Below are positions 25,321-38,000 of a stretch of 64,000 nt of DNA, one piece after another (the first letter of the stretch is position 1; each line of letters starts with the position of its first letter). This DNA comes from a virus. The DNA lies in IMG/VR virus record IMGVR_UViG_3300015050_000678, positions 26,132 through 90,131 of that record. The stretch is one strand, 5' to 3'. The notes under the pieces are model-generated. The model saw nothing but the letters and a program-made list of their open reading frames with translations. It ran no database searches and had not been told where the DNA came from. A program made the translations under genes and the position numbers.

Positions 25321-28300
25321 TTATGGAGTTCTATCTACATATTTTGATTCATTAAATAATTCAGGTATATTTTGACCTAATTGGTTGTACCCTGGTATAA
25401 TAGAACCTAATTCTTTATAAAATTTATTCTCACCTTTATGTACACCACCTTTAACTTTATAGTCTCCTAAATAAGCACCATTTGGAATATCCCACATTAC
25501 TGTTAATAAACTATTAGCTAATTTAGTAACTGCAAATGGTGATTTAGACATTGCTGTAATGTTTTTAGGATTAGCTGCAAATAATAAATCTCCAGATACC
25601 TTATCTAATTGATTCATAGTTTCTTTATACCAAGCAGATCTCTTTCGCTTTTCATCATCATCCCAACCTAAAGCCGTTGCTCCAACTATTGTAGCTAATA
25701 ATATAGTAGCTTCCATCATAGTCTTTTTAAAGTTGTAAATTTCTAATTCAGTTAATTCACCTTTAGTATATCTATCAGCAGTATCTTTTAAATTCACTAT
25801 TAAATTCTTAACGGTTCTCCATCTACCTTCAGTATCTACCATTAAACGATCACTAAATTTATGTTCTCCAAATCTAGTTTCAATGGCTGCAGGTATCCAC
25901 TTTTTAAATTGAAAAGCCATTCTGGCCCAAACATTCTGATTTAATATCGCAGCATCTCTAGTAGAATATCTACCATGAATCTGTTCATTAACTCCCATAA
26001 TACGAGTAGACATTCTTAACATGTAGTCTTTAAACTCTGCTTGAGTACCAAAGTGTTTTAAAAACTCAAGTTTAACTTCACCTTTTTCATCTAACATTTC
26101 CCATAAACTAGTTTTACCATCTGGTTTAGTATGTAACATCATAGCAACCATAGTTCTGGTTTGTAAGAATACCTCACCAACTTTTTGAGGTAAATACATA
26201 TAATTCTTTAATTTTTCACCAGTTAATCCTTGTCTAATACTAATATTAGCAGCATATTCATAATCTGTTAACTCTTGAAGCATTGGGTATTTTTCAACTA
26301 AAGCATGCATTTTAGAATCTTTAGTAAATGTTTGATTAAAGAATAATCCTGTAGCTTTATTTAAATCTGTAAAGTTAAAGAATCTACCACCAGCTGCTTC
26401 AGTAATGTTACCAATTTCACCTACAAAACCATTTGTAAAGGCTGTAAAAGGATTTAATCCTATTCTAAGTAAACTATTCCATTTTAATCCAAAGTCAGCT
26501 AGTTCACCTGCTTTAAGCACTTTCTTACCTATTACTTCACCTTCTGTATTATATAAATCAGCAATTTTAACTTCATCCTTACCTTTAGTTTTCTTACCTA
26601 ATATCTGCATATTAATAAATCCATCTACCATTTCATAAATATTAGATTCATCTCCATCAATTAATTCGTTAGCTTTATGTGGATTAACAAACTTATTATC
26701 TGCTAAACTTCTTTGCATTAACCTAGCTTGAGGTAATATTTCAGATAATTCTTCATGTTCAATAGTCATTGCTGCAAACTTAAATAAACTTTCACCTAAA
26801 TCTTTAGATTTATTATCTCCAGTTAACTTAGTTAAATATTGTACAGGAATAACATCTCGTTCAAGACTTGCATCTTTAATAAAATCACTATTTTTAATTT
26901 CATAAACTTTCATTCCAGTAATATATTTAACTAATCCTTTAAATTTATTAGTTAAACCTTCTATTTTAATAATATCTGCTAAAGATTCAGCAAATACATT
27001 AGGAATAAAATCTTCCGGATGTTCTTTTAACCATTCAGTTTGTCTATTAATAGGTAATCTATCTAAAGACTCTTTAATTGTTTTTTGATAAAAAGTATAA
27101 AAAGATTTAAGTTCTGGTGTTTTTTGAATTTTAACATAATTAGGATTAGTAAATCTTTTTACATCAATAGGAACAAAACTACCTTTAGTTTCATCATATG
27201 TTGCAAATTTATAAATAGACTTATCTTTAGCTTTACGAGCAGTACTTAACATATCATAAAACTCTGTAGTATAAGGTCTAGTTAATACTGTAGTTTTACC
27301 TGTATCTTGAATAAATAATTCATATACTTCTTTAACAGACATGTTATTATCTTTAGCATACTTATGTATTTTCTCAGTTTCAGATTTAATAGTTTCATAA
27401 ACTTCACCTTGTTTACCTGAAATCTTTAATTGAGCTTCTTTAATTAACATACCAATAGATCTTGCAATTCTATTTTTAACATTAACTAATGCTCCAGTAT
27501 ATTTTTCAAATCCACCAATATCTTCAATTTCAGATTGTAGTTGTTCATAAGTTTTACCTTCTTTAATATTAGAAACATTCTCTACAGTATTTTGTACAAT
27601 ATGTGCAGCAACAGAAGAGAATCTTTTTTTAAGTTCAGAAACTCTTAATGCTACATCGGGTAAAAAATATAAACTATCTAATCTATCTAATAGTTCAGAA
27701 ATTCTAGAAACACTAGTTTCTCTATTACCAGTTTCATAAGCTTTAATTAATCCTTCAATACTATCTAAATCTATTTCAGCAAGTTCATATAAATATGATT
27801 TATTTTTACTTACTTCATATTTAGTTAATAAATCTTTCATATTAGCTTCCATAGCTTTAAATTTATCATACCTAGGAGTTCCCTTAGGAGTCTTAACTAA
27901 GATATTAGTAATATTACCAATACTACGTTTTAAGTTAACTACTTGTTCTTTAAAAGAATCTACAGGTTTAACATCAAGACTTTCAGCTTTTTTAATCTTA
28001 CTCTGCTCTTCAGCAGAAAGTTTAGTTAATTTGTAAACATATGCTGGTTTTTTATTATCAAAAAAATCTTTAACATGTTGTAATTTAATATCTTCTTTAG
28101 AGAACTTAGATCTAACTTCTGCAATATCTGATATATCAGAAGCTTTAGACATATTTGGATTAATTAATTCTACTTCATAATAAGTATTGTTAAACTTATA
28201 AACTCCTGTTGGATATTTAGTTTGTCTAATAGTTACTCTTTTTTCACCAGATTCTAAAGATTTAAAATTTTCTTTATTCATTGGGAATTTAGTAAGTATT

Positions 28301-28491
28301 TTGGGTACAAATTCTTTAATTGATTCTTGGACAACTTCTTTAATTCCTGATAAATCTGATACTGTAGGATAAGAATCTAATCCATGTTGTTCTTGCCAAA
28401 TACTTATTTTAGCCTCAACTACCAGTTCAGGTAATTTACTTTGCATTAATAAATGCTTAAACTCTTGACTATTTTTATTTATACAACTCAT
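25321..28491 (-). CDS. Large crAss-like virion/ejected protein with an ASCH-like N-terminal domain
   Basis: 1056 aa, helical, directly downstream of the RNAP cluster; LESGEKRVTIR motif. Confidence 0.6.
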   Translation of the reverse strand: MSCINKNSQEFKHLLMQSKLPELVVEAKISIWQEQHGLDSYPTVSDLSGIKEVVQESIKEFVPKILTKFPMNKENFKSLESGEKRVTIRQTKYPTGVYKFNNTYYEVELINPNMSKASDISDIAEVRSKFSKEDIKLQHVKDFFDNKKPAYVYKLTKLSAEEQSKIKKAESLDVKPVDSFKEQVVNLKRSIGNITNILVKTPKGTPRYDKFKAMEANMKDLLTKYEVSKNKSYLYELAEIDLDSIEGLIKAYETGNRETSVSRISELLDRLDSLYFLPDVALRVSELKKRFSSVAAHIVQNTVENVSNIKEGKTYEQLQSEIEDIGGFEKYTGALVNVKNRIARSIGMLIKEAQLKISGKQGEVYETIKSETEKIHKYAKDNNMSVKEVYELFIQDTGKTTVLTRPYTTEFYDMLSTARKAKDKSIYKFATYDETKGSFVPIDVKRFTNPNYVKIQKTPELKSFYTFYQKTIKESLDRLPINRQTEWLKEHPEDFIPNVFAESLADIIKIEGLTNKFKGLVKYITGMKVYEIKNSDFIKDASLERDVIPVQYLTKLTGDNKSKDLGESLFKFAAMTIEHEELSEILPQARLMQRSLADNKFVNPHKANELIDGDESNIYEMVDGFINMQILGKKTKGKDEVKIADLYNTEGEVIGKKVLKAGELADFGLKWNSLLRIGLNPFTAFTNGFVGEIGNITEAAGGRFFNFTDLNKATGLFFNQTFTKDSKMHALVEKYPMLQELTDYEYAANISIRQGLTGEKLKNYMYLPQKVGEVFLQTRTMVAMMLHTKPDGKTSLWEMLDEKGEVKLEFLKHFGTQAEFKDYMLRMSTRIMGVNEQIHGRYSTRDAAILNQNVWARMAFQFKKWIPAAIETRFGEHKFSDRLMVDTEGRWRTVKNLIVNLKDTADRYTKGELTELEIYNFKKTMMEATILLATIVGATALGWDDDEKRKRSAWYKETMNQLDKVSGDLLFAANPKNITAMSKSPFAVTKLANSLLTVMWDIPNGAYLGDYKVKGGVHKGENKFYKELGSIIPGYNQLGQNIPELFNESKYVDRTP

Positions 28492-29009
28492 TATCTACAG
28501 TTTGTTTCTAAGTTTAACATTCTCTGAGCTACTTCAGGATATTGTAATTGTAATTGTTGTAACTTTACAATAGGTGTTCTATTTTGAGTAGCATCTACAA
28601 TTTTAGATTCTGTCCTCTCAATTTTAGCTGACATATTTAATAATTTTTCAATCTTTCTTAAATTCCAGGTAAAATTATCACTTTGACCACGTTGTTTAAT
28701 ATTAAATATTTTATAAGTAACTTTTTTATCTTTAGAATAATTAATATTATTAAGCTTACTAATTTTACCTTTAAATAAGTTTAAAGCTAATCCGGATATT
28801 TCTTTTTTATAAGAAAAACCTACTTCTTCAAGCATTTTAGAAGGTGTTATTATAAGTAAAGCTCTTTTAATATCTTTATCTGCTAAAAATTCATCAAATG
28901 TTGGTATTTTATTAGGAAAATAAGAATCTAATAAAAACTTAGTTCTAATTTCCCCAAATTCTTCAGCCATTTGTTTAAATGCTGGTATTGAAAGGTTTAA
29001 ACAATCCAT
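28491..29009 (-). CDS. Hypothetical protein of the RNAP cluster
   Basis: Coupled ORF. It begins MDCLN and ends NCR, echoing the terminal Cys motifs of its neighbours (MSCIN; KNCKL). Confidence 0.65.
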   Translation of the reverse strand: MDCLNLSIPAFKQMAEEFGEIRTKFLLDSYFPNKIPTFDEFLADKDIKRALLIITPSKMLEEVGFSYKKEISGLALNLFKGKISKLNNINYSKDKKVTYKIFNIKQRGQSDNFTWNLRKIEKLLNMSAKIERTESKIVDATQNRTPIVKLQQLQLQYPEVAQRMLNLETNCR

Positions 29010-32000
29010 TATAATTTACAGTTTTTATAGTATTCTAAAGCTTCTTCTAGTGATATATCAGGATTATTTTCTAATTCTGTACCATACCATTCATTAAATT
29101 CTTTAGTTTCTGCTAAGTTAGTATTATTATTTGTACTTTCCAAATCCATAGATTCTTCAATAGTATCTTGTTCAGTAGGTTTAATTTCATTATAACCTTC
29201 ATATAAAGATTCAGAATTATCTGTAAATTCTTCAGATTCAACTTTAGGTGTAGGAATTAAATTCTTAGGTTTAACTTCTTTAACTTTAATTTCCATCTTC
29301 TCATACTTATTATTAGGAAATTCTGTTGAAACTTCATTGAAAGGATTGATTTCTAATCTTTTACCAGGTTGACCTAAATAAGTAGTTTGTCTATAAGTTA
29401 CTTGTCCACTTAAATCAGAAGCTTCTTTATCAAATTTATAAATAGGTGTAAAGTCTTTATTTAATTTAAATCTAATGTATTCAACTTTAGCAGTATCTTT
29501 TAAATCTAAATTTAATTCTATTTTTCTAGAATCAGTAGAATCTTTATCCACAACTAATGTTTTACCATCATCTACTAAAGTAAATAATTTTTTATCATTA
29601 TCATAAGTTTTAGTAAACTTTTTAGCAAAGTTTCTAATTAATTGATCAACAATTAAATCTACTCTATCTTTATTAATAAATTCAGATTTTAAAGTTGGTC
29701 TAACTTTAATTCTATTTTCAGTTAATCCTAAATCTTGTAAGATACTTGGATCAATATAACTTGAATAACTATTTAAACCTGTAAATAATCCAGTATTAGT
29801 AAACGAATGTTCAACTAATCTTTTAACTAATGGTTTATATACACCAGATGGTTCATTCCATAAAGTTAATAAGTCATTAATTAATAATTCTTTTTGATGT
29901 AATTCAATTTTACCATTACCTTTTAAAGATACAAATCTTTCATTAGAGTTTTTAATATTTTCTACATGAAGTAATTGAAATATAGTCATAGACTTTAATT
30001 TCTCTTGTACAGAAGTAGGAATTTGTTTACCAAATATTTTAAATGTAGCATCTTTATGAATATTACCACTAGTTAACATGGCCATATCATCCATAAATTC
30101 TTTTTCAGATACTCTATTTTCATCAATATAAATATCTTTAAATGTTGTTTCCGCATCTAAATACATTTGTATAAATCCATTAATAGTATTTCTATCTTCT
30201 GATTTTAATCTAGTAAAATCTACATCAGATTTACCATATACTTTCTTAGCAATTTCATTTTTAATTCCATTAAAAAAGTTAGATGCAAAATTGTAATGAT
30301 TTTCTAATACATTAAATTCAGCTTGTACAGTATCAATATAAGGTTTAATAGCATTAGAATTTAATAATTCTCCAATACCATCAATTAATGTACTTTCAGA
30401 AGTTAATGTTTTATATATTTCTAATTTACCATTAACATCTTCAAAATTAGGTCCAGTTTCTTTATTAATACTAAATAAGTTATTTAATTGACCTAATTCA
30501 GCAATAATCTTTTCATTATTAGCATACATATTTAATAATGAAATTTGTAATTGTAAGAATTTAAGTTTCTTATATTCTGGTAATGTTTTATAACCCACTG
30601 GTGAATTAGTTAACTTAACTGATTCAAAAGCTTTAGGATTACTTAAATTATCTAATGTTAAACCGGTAAATTGTGTTAATTCATTTAAATCAATAGAATC
30701 ATATTGCATTACATCTTTAGAAGTAGATTTACTTAAAAACTTATCTTTTAACTCATAGTATTCTTGACTAGTAGAATTTGCTTCAGCTCTAGCCATAACT
30801 TTATCAAATTCTGTAGTATAAATTTTATTGTAATCTCCAATAACAGTTTCAATACTTTTTCTAGTAAATCCTTTAGATTTTAATTGTTTATCATTATATT
30901 CTAAAGCTGTAGATAAATCTTTAATAGCTGGTTGTGAAGTAATTCTACTTGCTACATCTGTTCCTAAACCCAGTCTAGTAATATACGCCCATAATGGTAA
31001 AGTCTTTTCAGTAATACCAATTGAGGGTAACATTTCAGGTGTTTTTACAGCATCTAAAATTGTTGCTGTCATAGCGTTTAATTCTTCTACAATTTTAGTA
31101 CCATTATCAGATTTAATTTGATTTAAATTATTTCTATTAACAGTTTTACCGTTATTAAATATTTTAACACCTTGTTCTAACCAACCAGATTGAGTTTTTT
31201 TAGATTTAATATTTAAATTACCTTCAGTACACCAAGCGTGTCCAGAACTTTGTAATGCAGCAATACCTTTTAATCTAGAAATCTTATGGAATAAATCCTT
31301 AAGAGCTACTTGACTTAATGCTGTAAAATAATTATTAGATTTTTTCTTAGTAGATTTTCTTTCTAACTCTTCAGCAATATCAGCAATACCACCCGGACCA
31401 GATGGAGTAATTAAAGATTCTAACATATTTACAGATCTTAAAATCTGCATATAGTTATCTAATAATTTATTATCTCTAGCAGGTTTAACATTTTGTTCAA
31501 TTATAGATAATTTTTTAAAGTCTTCTAAGCTTAATGAAGAATCTTTATTTAATTCTCTATAAATAAAATATCTTTCTTCTACTTTAGATACATCATCTAT
31601 AAATATATAAGGTTTAATTTCACCATTAACCATTCTAGAATCTCTAGCAATAAAGAATATCTTATCAAAGTCAAAATCCGCACCAAACTGTTTAGTTACT
31701 TCATAAGGTAATAACATTACACCTTTATAATCATTAGGTAAAAAGTGTACTACTTTAACAGCCATCATTGAATGGGCCCCTTCAGTAGGTATACGATAAA
31801 CTAATAATTGTTTCATTTCTTCAGGAATATTATCCTTAATAGTATCATCTTCATTTAAAAACTCTTTCATCCATATTGGTGCTGCAGCTTCACAATAATC
31901 AATTGAATGATCATTATTAGGATCTTTAGCAATATATTTTAAAGAAGTTCTAATTTTATTTAATAAAGGATCTTTAGCAATATCTTCTTTAGATATTCTA

Positions 32001-35000
32001 GGACCAACTTGTAAACCAATAGCTGAAACTTGTACAGCACTACCACCAACAAATGATTGTCTAGTTACATTACCACTAAATATAGAAGATATTAATTGTA
32101 TGGTTGAAGAAGAACTAATTAAATCTAATGGATATTGAAAAGTACCATCAGCATTTTGTTGAAATACTTTCTCAATAATAGAAGTAGCATTTCTAGAAGT
32201 GATTGCTTCTTGAATCATTTTAGTTAAAGCAGGATCATTTGTAGAAAATCCTTTAACTACTTTTTGTAAAGCTTCTTCAATATTAGTTTTATCTAATAAT
32301 GCAATTTCAGCTTTAATATCTTTACCTAATTTTTCACCATACATTATATCATTTTCAACCATTCCATAAAACAACATTTTTAATTGTCTTAAAGAACTAT
32401 TTTCAGAATCTAACATATGATCTGGATTAGCTACCTGCTCACCAAAGCTACTTAGATCTAATTCTACAACACTTGTAGTTTCAGGAGTATTAATATTAGC
32501 TCTGTGTGGAGATAATGCTTTCATAGTAGACTCAAATGCTATTACTTGAGGATAACTAGAACTTTCATCCATTAATTTTTTATGTTCCGCTAATAATGGA
32601 TTATTTGCAACATATTCATCAGTTAATGCAAATACACTACATTTAACTTGAACAGGTTCATATCTATTCATTTCAGCATTCCATTGATTACTATAATAAA
32701 ATGGTTTTAATACTGATAATTTATCAGATTCTTGACCAAATACTTTTTGTAATTCATTGTATAAATCTACAGATACAAACATTTGAGCATCTGTAGCATT
32801 AATAGAATCTGATTTATTATATTCAGCATTAGCTAACTCCTGTATTTTAGGATTATTAGCCAACTTAGATAGTTCAGATAAAGCTTCTTTAGATTCTGTA
32901 GCAGTATTAACATCCGAAATAACATTAATTTTCATCTTACCACCTTGTAAAAACTTATAAGATTGATCAATTACTGAAGTATCTGCAAATTTTAACATAG
33001 AATATCCTTGGTAAAAACGTTTACCATTATCTGCAGGACCTTTGTAAAATGCTGGATCACCATTAACTAATAATGAACTAGATATATTAAATAAATAAGA
33101 ATTTAAAGACCATTCTCTAACTATTTTATCAATAGTATTTTCTACAAGAGTACTAGATATTTTATCAGATACTAATTTACCATTAACTTCTTGAATAATA
33201 TTTTTATCTAATAAAGTTTGTTTCTCAGTTTTAACTATATTCTCTAATTCTTGAATTAATGCTGCATCAACTTTTTGTAATAAACCAACTTTACTTAAAC
33301 TAATTCTTAAATCTTCAGTAGAATCTAAATTACTTTCTAAAAAATTATCTAACTCTGCTTTTAATTTAGAATCAATAGCATTAGTTAAATTAAATTGTAA
33401 ACCTAATTTCTTACCTAAATGGTAATTATTAACTAATCTTTCAGGAGTTTCTTTATTATCTCTAATATCTTTACTAACTTGTTTAATTCTAGTAAATTCG
33501 TTTAAAAATAATTGTCTAAATTCTTCTAAAAAAGTAGAACCTTCTAAGTTATCGGGTACAGTTAATTTATCATAACTAAAACCAAAAGATAATCCTTTTT
33601 CAGCAGGAATAATTGGAGCATATAATGCCGGAGAACTAATCATATTTGTTTCAGCTTGCTTATTAACAAACATATTAATAATCATTGCTGTATAATCATC
33701 AGAATCAATCTGATTAAACTTCTTACCTTCTACATTATCACCTTCCATTTTAAGACCATCCATCGCAAACATTTGTAAGTTATGTCTATTTTTAAATAAA
33801 AAGTTATTTTTAAATATAGGATCTCTTTCAAAATCTTGTTTTAATTCATAACCCAATACATCATTAGATAATTTATTAACTAATTTAGAAGCATAAGATT
33901 GATATTGTACTGCATATACTGTAGAATTTTCTACATTGTTAAATGATGAAGTAAATAATGCTGTTTGAGCATTAACTTCAAGTTTAACTAATTCGTTAAA
34001 TGTTTTTCTAGCATCACTAAACTTTTTACCAACCCACTTATTATTAGCATAACTTAATAAATCTCTAGTTAAGTTTTGTAAAGATGTAAATTTATTAACT
34101 GATGGTATATTACTAAAAGTTTCAATAGTACTATATGATAATCCAATACCTAATTTATTAGCTAAATCAAATACTCCATCAATATTTAAATCTTTACCTT
34201 GGTAAGAATCTAATAATGTTTTTACTTTATCAGGATTTATTTCATAAACACCCTCTTCAATATTAAATGTTCTAATATCATTAGTAACTAAATTGTTAGG
34301 ATCAATAATATTACTTGATTCCCATTTAGTTTTTAAATTTAATTCAACACCTTGTCTATTAGGATCTATCATTTTAAACTCAAAATTATCACCTACCTTT
34401 TTATAAGTAACTAATTTATAGTTTAATACTTGTTTATTAAAGTTAGCTGCAAATTGTTGTTTAAATTTAGATCTAACTTCTGTATTTTTAATATCTTCAA
34501 TACTAGTTAATACTTGTTGTAATACTGGTTTGTAAGGAGCTAAAGATTTTAATACTTTAGTTTGTTCTTCAAATGTAGTAGTACCAATTAATGTATTTTC
34601 TAATGTATGATAAATCTCTTCAAATGAATGAAATTTATTAAATCCATAAGCATCAGTATCTATCTTACCATCTTTTTTAATTACTGGAATATTAGATAAA
34701 AACAATTTAATCTCATGTGTAGCAGTTTTAATACCTGAAATACTAGTCATTTCTTTCCAACCTTTAGTTTCATTACCTTCCATATCAGAAGTAATCTCAG
34801 TATCTTTAGTATCTTGAACACCTTCAGAATCTTCTATTTTAGAATCTTTAGTAATTACATTAGGTAATTTAATCTTTCTAGTAGCCCAAATTTGTTTTTT
34901 AACATTCTCTAAGATTGCATCAAAATCTAAATAAACTCTACCAGCCATAGTCTTTACAGAACCTTCAGGAGAACTGTTATAAACTTCTAAATATTTATCT

Positions 35001-38000
35001 TTAATTGATTGTATAATTATACCAACATCAACTTTTGTTAATGGAGTACCATTAGCTACTTCTTGTGAAATAGCATCTAATATGTTATCTGAAATAGATT
35101 TAGTTCTTTCTAATTCATAACTTAATGGAGTATTATCTTTAATACCCATTGCTCTAACATAAGCTTGACCAAAATCTTTATAATTTAATGGTAGATTAGC
35201 TAATTTAGCATCAATACTACGTTTAGCAAACTTACCCTTAGTTATTTCAGAAAATAGTTTTTCAACTTGATTAACACTTGAATTCTTAAATATATTGAAT
35301 AAATCAAATATCTTTTTAAAGAAATCTAATATAGTTTGACCTAATGATTTATTAAATTCACCATCAGCATATTTACCAAAATCATCAGATAATTTTTCTT
35401 CATAATGTAATTGAGTTAATACTTCTTCAGATAAATTAAGATTACCTCTACCTTCTCTTAAGAATTGTAATCTTTCAGCATTAGGTTTATCATATTTATT
35501 AATAGCTTCAGTTAATACTTGACTGCGTTCATTATCTGATAAGATATTTCTAAATACACCATGAAATGCCTCATGGTACATAGTTTGATTAGTAGCACCA
35601 TTAAATAAGTATATTAGCATGTTACGAAACATACCATAAGTATCTTTTAAATTCTTACTTACTTCTTCAATTTGTTTAGCATCAGCTAAAGTTAATCCTG
35701 GTAAAATCTTTTCTAAAATAGCAATAGATTTCTTATCTACAGGTTTCCCTTCTAATTTAGTTCTACTAAAACTTAAACCTTCATCAAATGAATGATCTAC
35801 ATTTCTGTTAATTTCAACAGGTTTAGTTTCAGTAACATTATTTTCAGTTACCGATTTTATTTTAGATTCTTCTTTAACAAATCTAGATTTATCTTCTAAT
35901 TCTCTTGTAACAAATTCAAATAATAATCTTCTATATAAAATCCAGTTAGGATGTTCTGCACCCATATTTTTTATTCTAGATTCTAAGAATTCAATATACT
36001 CATTATTATTAAATAATTTTCTATCTTTTTCTGAATATACAAAATCATTATCAAATGCGTTTTTTTGATTGATATTTAAACTTTTAAAATTTTCAATTTC
36101 AGAATCTTTAAAAAGATGCATGTAAGATTTATATTGTTCTTTTAAATGTTCTAAATATATTTTACGTTTATTACTTTGAATTTCTGGTTTAACTTCTTCA
36201 GTAATATAACCTTCAGGATTATTTAACTCAATATAAGGTTGTACATAATAATTATTATTTGAATCTGTATAAGCATTAGTAACTAATACATTATTAGCTA
36301 ATAATTCTTGTTGATATTCAGTTTTATTTAAGTTATTTAAATCTAAGTTAAATCTACATGACTCTAGAGCTTTTTTTAATTCTACAATAATAGCTGGATT
36401 ATTTGATTTAATATCATTGAATTTAAAAGTATTACCTGATATACTTAATCTACCTATTTCAGTTTTATCTTTATTTTCAAATACTTTAATACCATTATGA
36501 TTTTTAAATTTATTTCCACTACTAATAAAAATATATTTATTTAAATCTTCTATTGTTTTATTATAATTAATAGACATACCATCACCTGATATATTATTAA
36601 TTAAAGTTTCAATAATAGTATTAGTAACTTTATCCGAATTATTAGTTTTACCTATAATTTCAGTAAACATTGGAATAATAGACCAACTATCATTTGCTGT
36701 TTTAACTGTTTGAAATACTCTACCTACACCTAATTTAGATGTCGTAGGATCATTAACATTTTCTACAGCATAAGAAATACCTGCAAATTGATTAGCTACA
36801 GCTTCTTGGTTAGTACTTAACTTTTTACCAACTAAAGATTCTCCATTATCATATAAAAATAATGGTTTATTGTCAACCATATCTTGAGATCTACTAGATA
36901 CTTTTTGATCTAATACTGGAAGATTATGTTGTATTTTAATTAATAATTTACCTTTACCTTTAACAGCTACCGTAGTTCTAATACTATCACTAGGTTTAGA
37001 TAAAATGTAAGCTCTAATATTCTTAAGTTCTTCTAATGAAGCTAATACTACAGGATCAGTTGATGTGGTTTCATGGGGTAATGCCATAAATCCTAATGTT
37101 ATACCACCAGGTACTTCAATAATAGATATATTTTCACCATCATGTCTATACATCACTTTAGATCCTTCTAAAGCATTTCTTCTATCACTTACAGCAATAG
37201 ATACATCTGGATTAGATTCTTCAATAACATAACCATCTGAATCTCTAGCCCATACTTTCTTACCAGCTTGAAATTCATAATGCTTCATCATTAAAGCATT
37301 AGGTTTTTTACTAGTAAATTCTTTATCTGAAATTTGATTAGATTTATCTAAAACTTCATCTTGATTATTAGATTCATCAAAAGCATTTGAAGCACCATTA
37401 GATAGTGTTTCAATTACTTCAATATCTTTAGGATCAATTTCCGAAGTTAATATTGTTGTTTCTTCAACTACATTAGATTGATTTAAAGCAGCTAATTCTG
37501 CATCATATTTAGTATTGATTTTACCAGATATAGTTTTTTCTCCTCTACTAGACATCCATTTATCTAAAGATTCTTGTGCTTCTTTTAAATAAATAGATAT
37601 AGGTGTTTTTGAACCTTCAAGTAAATCTTCAGGAGAATACATTCTTCCAATATAATCTAGTAAATCTGATAATTTATTAGATTCTTCTTGTTTACCTTCT
37701 TTAGATAATTTAATACTTTCATCAAGTAGTTTACCATAAGCTTCTGATACTATATTTCCATACTTAGATAATTCTTTTGTAGCTTCTAAATAATCAGTAA
37801 GTTGTTTATTTTTACTATTTAATTCATCTTGTCTTCTTCTTTCTATATCAGCTTTTTTAGCTTCTAAAGAATTGTTAGATTGTTGATTTTCGGTATTTAA
37901 TTTATTATTTAAATCTTCTGTGGCTTTAGTATTTTGTCTATTAGCCCACTTTTCATATTTATCTCCTTTTTCAGATTGAGATAAATCAGTATTATTTAAT

